A stretch of 24,000 bases of DNA from an archaeon (lineage in GTDB: Archaea > Nanobdellota > Nanobdellia > Woesearchaeales > GW2011-AR9): NCBI GenBank assembly GCA_018697095.1, contig JABHSG010000004.1, positions 366,452 through 390,451 on the forward strand, written 5' to 3'. Positions 17,706 through 24,000 of the stretch are shown here, one piece after another. Positions within the stretch are counted from its first letter, which is position 1. Each line of letters starts with the position of its first letter. The position numbers and the translations under genes were made by a program. The notes under the pieces are model-generated. The model ran no database searches. It saw nothing but the letters and a program-made list of their open reading frames with translations, and had not been told where the DNA came from.

Positions 17706-18016
17706 ACTCATTCATTATTCAATTAATTCCATTCATCATAACACCACCTTTAGGGATTGTACTTGGTTTTATTCTTGGAATGCTTACAATTGAAGAAATA
17801 AATGTTTTTAAAAAATATTTCAAACATGCAACCATCACATCCGCCACGTTTCTGATTTCATCAATTATAATTGCAATTTTAACAAAAAAAATCCAAGCAA
17901 CCCTAATTGGAATTTTAATAATTTCAGTAGTAGCTGGTTTAAAATTGCACTCAGATTTTATTAGTCCAGAAATAAAAGACGTCTTAAAAAATGAAAAGAA
18001 AAACACAAAATCTTGA
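17702..18016 (+). CDS. Small membrane protein (104 aa)
   Basis: Overlaps the preceding stop by 4 nt (translational coupling). Three hydrophobic segments. Confidence 0.6.
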   Translation: MNSFIIQLIPFIITPPLGIVLGFILGMLTIEEINVFKKYFKHATITSATFLISSIIIAILTKKIQATLIGILIISVVAGLKLHSDFISPEIKDVLKNEKKNTKS

Positions 18017-18659
18017 AGAAAGTCTCATAAACATAAGTTCTCCAAGTAAAGAAGACAAACCTAATATCTCATTAGAAACTGCAATCCAAGGTGAAAATAG
18101 TTTAGAAAACTTAAGTGAATTATTAAAAACAAATAAATCTAAAATCCCAATTCATTATGAATTAACGTTTAAAGAATCAAAAAAGAAATTTAAAGAAAGT
18201 TTTTTTAGAAAAGAATTATCTAAACACCAAAATATATCCATGCTTTCAAAATTTCTTGGAATTGATCGTAGAAGTATTCATCGGGCAATCAAAGATTTTG
18301 ATTTGATAGCTATTAAAAAATCAAAAACAAGTCAAGATTATTACCAAAACATCAAATCATACAAAAATTTCAAAGATCTCCTAAAAGGATACAATGAACA
18401 AAATTCAGAAGAGCTAAATTGGGGCATGCCAAAAATAGAAGAACAAATTATAACTGACCAAAAAATCAACCATAAAGATAAAATTGAAGAAATGACTTGG
18501 AAACAAGCTAAACTTGATTTCGAGCTTCGTTACTTGAAAATGCTTTTAAAACACAAAAATCCAAGTCAAACTAATAAAAGTCTTGCAAATAAAATAGGTT
18601 TAAGGCCAGAAACACTTTCAAGAAAGCTAAAAAAGTTAAATATTAAACATTTAATTTAA
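17991..18659 (+). CDS. Putative DNA-binding protein with two Fis-type HTH-like segments
   Basis: FKESKKKFKESFFRKELSKHQNISMLSKFLGIDRRSIHRAIKDFDLI and WKQAKLDFELRYLKMLLKHKNPSQTNKSLANKIGLRPETLSRKLKKLNI. Confidence 0.6.
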   Translation: MKRKTQNLEESLINISSPSKEDKPNISLETAIQGENSLENLSELLKTNKSKIPIHYELTFKESKKKFKESFFRKELSKHQNISMLSKFLGIDRRSIHRAIKDFDLIAIKKSKTSQDYYQNIKSYKNFKDLLKGYNEQNSEELNWGMPKIEEQIITDQKINHKDKIEEMTWKQAKLDFELRYLKMLLKHKNPSQTNKSLANKIGLRPETLSRKLKKLNIKHLI

Positions 18660-18778
18660 ATCCTCATTGGCACCGCAACCTTTATAAACAAAACCACTCA
18701 AAATGACTTCAGGCTCCTAAGTACAAGTCAATTACTACAAAACTGAGCCAAAATATAATAAACAAGAGAAAAACCAAA

Positions 18779-19339
18779 ATGTTCTACAAAGTACGTGTAA
18801 AGGATTTCGTACGGGTACCACCCGCTATGTTTAACAAAGGCAAACAAGATGCTGTGCTCTCAAATATCAGAAATAGCTATGAAAACTTTGTCTCAAAAAA
18901 ACTTGGTTTCGTGATCAATGTAGTAGAAGTACATAGTATCAATGAAGGAATCATTGTTCCAGGAGATGGAGCTGGTTTTTATGAAGCAGAGTTTGATCTT
19001 CTAGTTTACAAACCAGAACTACACGAATTAATCTACGGAAAAGTACGTGATATCATTGATTTTGGTGGATTTTTAGATTTAGGTGGAGCAGAAGGAATGG
19101 TCCACATTTCACAAAGTATGGACGATTTTGTCTCATTCAGTAAAGAAAAAGTTCTACAAGGGAAAGCTTCAGGAAGATCTCTTAAAGTAGATGACAAATG
19201 TAAAGCTCGTATTATTGCAGTTAGCTATAAAGATGTAAGAAACCCAAAAATTGGACTTACAATGCGTCAAGAAGGCCTTGGTAAATTAGAATGGCTTGAA
19301 ACCGCTACTCAAAAAGCAGCAAACAAAAGCGCTGAATAA
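18779..19339 (+). CDS. rpoE1: DNA-directed RNA polymerase subunit E' (RpoE1/Rpb7)
   Basis: MFYKVRVKDFVRVPPAMF...VVEVHSINEGIIVPGDGAGFYEAEFDLLVYKPELHELIYGKVRDIIDFGGFLDLGGAEGMVHISQSMDD (S1-like). Confidence 0.95.
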   Translation: MFYKVRVKDFVRVPPAMFNKGKQDAVLSNIRNSYENFVSKKLGFVINVVEVHSINEGIIVPGDGAGFYEAEFDLLVYKPELHELIYGKVRDIIDFGGFLDLGGAEGMVHISQSMDDFVSFSKEKVLQGKASGRSLKVDDKCKARIIAVSYKDVRNPKIGLTMRQEGLGKLEWLETATQKAANKSAE

Positions 19340-19356
19340 AATAAGGTAACAATCAA

Positions 19357-19551
19357 ATGGCAAAAAAATTAGCAAGAAAAACAGATAAGCGCCTAATCAA
19401 AGAAAATATGATTGGTGATTTAAACGAAAGTAAATCAAATTTTACCTCTTCATGGCAAGGAAGAATTTACGTTAAAGATGCACAAAACTCATTTATTGCA
19501 AAAGAGATGGGTATTAAAGAAAAAGGCGAATACGCAATCAAAGTAAGATAA
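19357..19551 (+). CDS. spt4: Transcription elongation factor Spt4 / RpoE'' lacking the zinc-ribbon cysteines
   Basis: FTSSWQGRIYVKDAQNSFIAKEMGIKEKGEYAIKVR matches the Spt4 core (W.G.v.i.d...S.iA..mgi...G.YA.kV). Gene order rpoE1-spt4-S24e supports it. No Cys in 64 aa. Confidence 0.88.
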   Translation: MAKKLARKTDKRLIKENMIGDLNESKSNFTSSWQGRIYVKDAQNSFIAKEMGIKEKGEYAIKVR

Positions 19552-19589
19552 TCCTTAAAAATAACAAAAAAATAAATGAAAAAATACAT

Positions 19590-20033
19590 TTGGTGAATAT
19601 CATGAAACTTACAATTGAAAACAAAACAGAAAACTTAGCAATGAATCGCATTGACCTTAATGGGAAAATTGATTTTGACGTAGCAACTCCAAGTAATGAA
19701 GAATTAACTTTAGAACTTGCAAAAAAAACTGGCGTTGACAAAGAAAATGTTGTTGTAAAACAAATAAAAACTTTGTTTAGTAAACAAACTGCAAATTTTA
19801 AAGCTGTAGCTTACAAAACAATTGAATCCAAAAATAAATATGAAGTAATGACTAAACATCTTAAAAAAATTGAAGAAAAACAAAAAAAGGAAGCAGCTGA
19901 AAAAAAACAAGCGGACGAAGAAGCAAAATTAAAAGCACAAGAAGAAGCTAAAGCCGCTAAGGAAGCAAAAGAGCAAGCCGCAAAAACTCCTGCTGAAACA
20001 ACAGAACCTGCTTCTGAAGAAAAATCAGAATAA
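19590..20033 (+). CDS. rps24e: 30S ribosomal protein S24e (possible start at 19602) with K/E/A-rich C-terminal extension
   Basis: MKLTIENKTENLAMNRIDLNGKIDFDVATPSNEELTLELAKKTGVDKENVVVKQIKTLFSKQTANFKAVAYKTIESKNKYE. Confidence 0.92.
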   Translation: MVNIMKLTIENKTENLAMNRIDLNGKIDFDVATPSNEELTLELAKKTGVDKENVVVKQIKTLFSKQTANFKAVAYKTIESKNKYEVMTKHLKKIEEKQKKEAAEKKQADEEAKLKAQEEAKAAKEAKEQAAKTPAETTEPASEEKSE

Positions 20034-20079
20034 TAATATAATTAAGTACACAAAATAAACCACAAGGTGACAATCAAAC

Positions 20080-20319
20080 ATGGCAAAAAAAGCAAGCACA
20101 AAAAAAACAGGTAAAGATCGAAAAGCAGCTCGAGCAAACCAGAAAAATTCTCCTCGTAAAACTTGGGAAAAATACAAAGTTGACGGAGATAAGTTAACAA
20201 GAACTAACGATTATTCTCCAAAAAGTCCAGGAAACTTTTTAGCAAACCACAAAAACCGTAAAACTTGTGGTGCAACTGGTTACACTGAGACAAAATCTAA
20301 ACCAAAACAAGAAGAATAA
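20080..20319 (+). CDS. rps27ae: 30S ribosomal protein S27ae with a degenerate zinc ribbon
   Basis: TWEKYKVDGDKLTRTNDYSPKSPGNFLANHKNRKTCGATGYTE aligns by eye with the S27ae core (..CP.CG.g.f.A.H..R..CG.CGYTe). Confidence 0.92.
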   Translation: MAKKASTKKTGKDRKAARANQKNSPRKTWEKYKVDGDKLTRTNDYSPKSPGNFLANHKNRKTCGATGYTETKSKPKQEE

Positions 20320-20425
20320 ATCTTCTTTTAATTTCTTTTTTAATTTTTCAAATTTCATTCTATTCCACTAATTACTTTTATTCAAAAGAGTAAATTATTT
20401 AACCAAAAACTAGCATCTCTTCTTC

Positions 20426-21040
20426 ATGCTAGATCACCAACATACAACCAATCAAAAAATCCACTTTCTAAAACAAAAATACACCTCTTGCCAATCATGC
20501 AAAGAACTTTGTGAATCAAGATCTCAAGTAGTATTTGGTTCAGGTAACCTTAATGCAGAGATTCTATTCATAGGTGAAGCCCCTGGAGCTAATGAAGATA
20601 AAAATGGCATTCCTTTTTGCGGAGCTAGCGGCCAAATCCTTCAAGACCTACTACAAAGTATCAATTACGATAGAAATCAAATATTCATTACTAACACAGT
20701 TCTATGCAAACCACCAAAAAACCGTAATCCTAAGGCTAATGAAATCAAAGCATGTAATGAAAGACTAAATCAAACAATCCAAGCTATCAACCCAAAAATC
20801 ATAGTAACTATTGGTAACTTTGCAACTAAAGCTATAACTAAAACCAAGGTAGGAATCACTAAAATACGTGGCAAACCAATTGAAACAACTATCAACAACT
20901 CTTCATACACAATAGTTCCAGTAGTTCATCCAGCAAATCTTCTATATAATGGTAGAAATCCAGTGATCTTCCAGCAAATGAAAGATGACTTTAATATCAT
21001 CAAAAAAATCATTAATAAAAAGACCAAACACCAAAAATAG
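20426..21040 (+). CDS. Uracil-DNA glycosylase, family 4-like (Fe-S type)
   Basis: [55 protein letters not shown]...[23 protein letters not shown]...VVHPANLL. Confidence 0.93.
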   Translation: MLDHQHTTNQKIHFLKQKYTSCQSCKELCESRSQVVFGSGNLNAEILFIGEAPGANEDKNGIPFCGASGQILQDLLQSINYDRNQIFITNTVLCKPPKNRNPKANEIKACNERLNQTIQAINPKIIVTIGNFATKAITKTKVGITKIRGKPIETTINNSSYTIVPVVHPANLLYNGRNPVIFQQMKDDFNIIKKIINKKTKHQK

Positions 21041-21086
21041 GTTCCAACAGTAAACTTTATAAACTACCAGCTGTCAAACAAGGTAA

Positions 21087-21284
21087 ATGGGACGAATTAA
21101 AACTCAGTTTGTAAAAAGAGTAACTAAAGAGCTATTAAAAGTTCATGGTGAAAAATTCACTGAAGATTTCGATAAAAACAAAGTCCTAGTTAATGCTCAC
21201 GCAAAGGTAGAATGTAAAAAAATTCGTAATATTATGGCAGGTTACATGACCCGTCTTAAAAAAGCTCAAGCAGCCCTATCTTAG
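21087..21284 (+). CDS. rps17e: 30S ribosomal protein S17e
   Basis: MGRIKTQFVKRVTKELLKVHGEKFTEDFDKNKVLVNAHAKVECKKIRNIMAGYMTRLKKAQ. Confidence 0.95.
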   Translation: MGRIKTQFVKRVTKELLKVHGEKFTEDFDKNKVLVNAHAKVECKKIRNIMAGYMTRLKKAQAALS

Positions 21285-21351
21285 ATTCTAATTCAACTTT
21301 TATATTTCTTATTAAAAATTTTGATCTCATCAACTATTAATTTAACAGAAT

Positions 21352-22398
21352 TTACTCAACACTTCCTTTCTCTAGTAATCCTTCCACAAAACCCATGATT
21401 TCTTCTTCAGTCTTTAACTTCATCACTTTTTGCCTAAGTTTCTTACCACCAAAGTAGCCTTTTGTGAATTGCATCAACGTACTTTTTACTTGGTAAACAG
21501 AGTAAACTTTATACTTACGAAGCAGTTCCACAAATCTCATCAAAAGTTCAATTTTTTTCTCAAAAGACAAATCTTCAAGCACTTCACCTGTTTTAAGATA
21601 ATGGTTCGCTTTGTAAAAAAAATACGGGTCTCGCATAGCAGCTCGCCCAACCATCACATAATCGCATTTAGTCTCTTCCATCCTGATTTTAACATCTTCC
21701 ACAGTAGAGATATCACCATTACCAATAACTACAATCCCAACTTCTTCTTTCACTTTCTTAATCCAAGACCAATCTGCCTTTCCTGAATAACCTTGTTTAG
21801 TAGTACGTCCATGAATTGCAATTGCAACGCAACCTGTCTCCTCAGCCATTTTAGCAACTTCAAGAGCCACAATTCGATTCGAAGATAACCCAAGTCTTAT
21901 TTTCACAGAAATCGGAGTAGAAAGTGTATTTAGCTTCACAAGAATCTTACGCAACTTATCCAAATCTGCAAGCAATGCTGAACCACCGCCACAAGCAAGT
22001 ATATTTGGCGCAGGACACCCAACATTCAAATCAATTACATCAGTTTTCCCTTCAAGATAACTTGCTGCTTCCCAGATTTTTTCTGGATCCTCTCCAAATA
22101 TTTGTGTGACAACAGGCCTTTCTTCTTCTGCCACATCAAAAATAGGGTTATCACTTTCTAACTGTTTGCGATAATTCACAATAGCATCAGCACTTAAAAA
22201 TTCAGTGTAACAAATTCCTGCTCCCATCTCCTGGCACAAAACACGAAAAGCCACATTGGTAACTCCAGCCATAGGTGCTAAAATTAATGGTGACTTCAAT
22301 TTAGGAAAAAATTTCTTGTTTCTTTGCCCATCTTCGTCTGCTTGTTTTTTTATAGATGCCACAATTCCTCTAGACTGCCAAAGCTTTATAAAGACCAC
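21352..22398 (-). CDS. dus: tRNA-dihydrouridine synthase
   Basis: SPLILAPMAGVTNVAFRVLCQEMGAG...DVIDLNVGCPAPNILACGGGSALL...VAIHGRTTKQGYSGKADW...VIGNGDI...DYVMVGRAAMRDPYFF. Confidence 0.95.
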   Translation of the reverse strand: MVFIKLWQSRGIVASIKKQADEDGQRNKKFFPKLKSPLILAPMAGVTNVAFRVLCQEMGAGICYTEFLSADAIVNYRKQLESDNPIFDVAEEERPVVTQIFGEDPEKIWEAASYLEGKTDVIDLNVGCPAPNILACGGGSALLADLDKLRKILVKLNTLSTPISVKIRLGLSSNRIVALEVAKMAEETGCVAIAIHGRTTKQGYSGKADWSWIKKVKEEVGIVVIGNGDISTVEDVKIRMEETKCDYVMVGRAAMRDPYFFYKANHYLKTGEVLEDLSFEKKIELLMRFVELLRKYKVYSVYQVKSTLMQFTKGYFGGKKLRQKVMKLKTEEEIMGFVEGLLEKGSVE

Positions 22399-22415
22399 TC
22401 TTCAATTCAAAATCA

Positions 22416-23789
22416 ATGGCTAAAACTGCTAAAGCAAAGAAAACTCCAGTTAAAGATACTGTAAAAGTTAAAAAAACAGCCAAAAAAAAGACCACTAAAT
22501 CAAAAACTAAATCAGATTCCACTGTTTCCAAACCAAAAGCAACAACAAATAGTGAAAAACAAAGCAAAACAGATTCTATTCAACCAGAAATTAACATAGC
22601 TCTTGTAGGGCACGTTGATCATGGAAAAACAACCTTAACAGAACGTCTTTCTGGAAAATGGACAGACACACATTCTGAAGAACTAAAAAAAGGTATCACA
22701 ATCAGGCTTGGTTATGCAGATTTTTCTATCTACTACGATGAAGAAAATGATTTTTATACAACTAAACAAAAATCAATCAAGTCCAACAAGAAAACTAAAT
22801 TTCTTCGAAAAATTTCTTTAGTTGACGCACCAGGCCACGAATCTCTAATGGCAACTATGCTTTCAGGCGCAGCAATTGTTGATGGTGCAATTTTAATGGT
22901 TGCAGCAAACGAGCGATGCCCTCAACCACAAACTCGTGAACATTTAATGGCACTGCAAATTTCAGGAATCAAAAACATAATAGTTATTCAAAACAAAATT
23001 GATTTAGTTCCAAAAGAAACTGCACTTAAATCATACAATCAAATTAAAGAATTCTTAAGTGAAACTGAATTCAAAGATGCTCCAATAATTCCTATTTCAG
23101 CTCGTGCAAATATCAACATTGATACCCTTTTAAAAGTTACACAAACTGCATTTCCAACGCCTATTAGAGATGAAAAAGCAACAGCACTTATGCTTACTGC
23201 ACGTTCTTTTGATATTAATAAACCTGGTTCAAAACCAGAAAAAATAGTTGGAGGAGTACTTGGTGGAACAGTTAAACAAGGCTCTTTTAAAATTGGAGAC
23301 GAAATTCAAATTGTACCAGGATATATGGTACAAGAGAAAAATCAGCGTGTGTGGAAACCAATTACTACAACTATTACAAAGATTTTTACTGGCGGATCTC
23401 CAGTAGATCATATTGGCCCAGGAGGCTCCATGGCTTTTGGAACTAGTCTTGATCCAAGTATTGTCAAATCAGATTCTCTTTCAGGTTCTTTAGTTGGAAA
23501 ACCAGGAACCCTTCCAAAAGTTCATTATCAAATTAAAATCGATACTAATCTTCTTAAAAGAGTATTAGGAACAAAACAAGAAACAGAAGTTAAACCTCTT
23601 GCAAGAAAAGAAATGCTTTTGTTAAACATCCAATCACAAACAACTGTGGGAATTGTAATAGATCCAAGTAAAAAAAATACTACTATTGATTTAAAACTGC
23701 CAATTGCAGCAAATCCAGGTGATAGAATCACAATCTCAAGAAAAATCGGAGATAGATTCAGACTAATTGGCTTTGGAATTCTCAAATAA
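22416..23789 (+). CDS. Translation initiation factor aIF2 subunit gamma, with a Lys-rich N-terminal extension and no zinc-knuckle cysteines
   Basis: NIALVGHVDHGKTTLTERLSGKWTDTHSEELKKGITIRLGYAD...SLVDAPGHESLMATMLSGAAIVDGAILMVAANERCPQPQTREHL...QNKIDLV. Confidence 0.96.
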   Translation: MAKTAKAKKTPVKDTVKVKKTAKKKTTKSKTKSDSTVSKPKATTNSEKQSKTDSIQPEINIALVGHVDHGKTTLTERLSGKWTDTHSEELKKGITIRLGYADFSIYYDEENDFYTTKQKSIKSNKKTKFLRKISLVDAPGHESLMATMLSGAAIVDGAILMVAANERCPQPQTREHLMALQISGIKNIIVIQNKIDLVPKETALKSYNQIKEFLSETEFKDAPIIPISARANINIDTLLKVTQTAFPTPIRDEKATALMLTARSFDINKPGSKPEKIVGGVLGGTVKQGSFKIGDEIQIVPGYMVQEKNQRVWKPITTTITKIFTGGSPVDHIGPGGSMAFGTSLDPSIVKSDSLSGSLVGKPGTLPKVHYQIKIDTNLLKRVLGTKQETEVKPLARKEMLLLNIQSQTTVGIVIDPSKKNTTIDLKLPIAANPGDRITISRKIGDRFRLIGFGILK

Positions 23790-23820
23790 TAAATATCCCA
23801 ATCAATTAAATTTTATAAAA

Positions 23821-24000
23821 TTAATTATCTTCTGAATCATATCTAGAAGATGATAACCAAGAAACACCGCCTGCATTAGTCACTTTTTCATCGCCATCAC
23901 CTTCAACCATTACACCTAAATCCCTTCTAGAGTTGGCCTCCATTCCATTTCTAATCGCTTCACTAAGTTCCCTTGCACCTGGTAAACTAAAAAACTCACG
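23821..24000 (-). CDS. C-terminal part of an unidentified protein (partial at window edge)
   Basis: Open minus frame reaching the edge: ...REFFSLPGARELSEAIRNGMEANSRRDLGVMVEGDGDEKVTNAGGVSWLSSSRYDSEDN*. Confidence 0.5.
   Translation of the reverse strand, partial: REFFSLPGARELSEAIRNGMEANSRRDLGVMVEGDGDEKVTNAGGVSWLSSSRYDSEDN

Noticed and set aside
19538-19910. Minus-strand ORFs 19538-19741 and 19710-19910
   Set aside because: Phe/Ile-rich shadows antisense to the S24e gene.
20574-20768. 64-aa plus-strand ORF inside the UDG gene
   Set aside because: Entirely inside a strongly supported uracil-DNA glycosylase frame, with no independent protein-like signal.
1-24000. A defence system, CRISPR array, toxin-antitoxin pair or retron
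   Set aside because: No periodic repeats with spacers, no Cas/RM/RT motifs and no recognised toxin-antitoxin pair were found. The accessory genes near the integrase are too few and unrecognised to call a system.

Overview
This 24 kb AT-rich window comes from an archaeal chromosome, probably a DPANN-type lineage with a small genome (inference from gene style, not a phylogeny). It contains: the start of a beta-helix-like surface protein gene; a YkgJ-type Cys-cluster gene; a pilin-like gene with an A24 prepilin peptidase; two adjacent coiled-coil genes with proline-rich, basic C-termini; a mini histone-fold gene; a HIT gene; a PP2C-like phosphatase gene split by an apparent frameshift; an intron-containing tRNA with anticodon CAT followed by a LAGLIDADG-type endonuclease ORF; a VTT/DedA gene; a tRNA-Ser(GGA) with a degraded archaeal tyrosine integrase at its 3' end; two small genes next to the integrase; a TrmB-family regulator; a 994-aa Ser/Thr/Asp-rich surface protein; an SPFH/stomatin gene; a DHH phosphoesterase; a protein with two Fis-like HTH segments; and an information-processing cluster (rpoE1, spt4, S24e, S27ae, UDG, S17e, dus, aIF2-gamma). 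The most striking signal is that the zinc-ribbon cysteines are missing or mostly missing in three separate proteins of this cluster: Spt4 (0 Cys), S27ae (1 of 4) and aIF2-gamma (0 of 4). I saw no CRISPR array and no recognisable multi-gene defence system.
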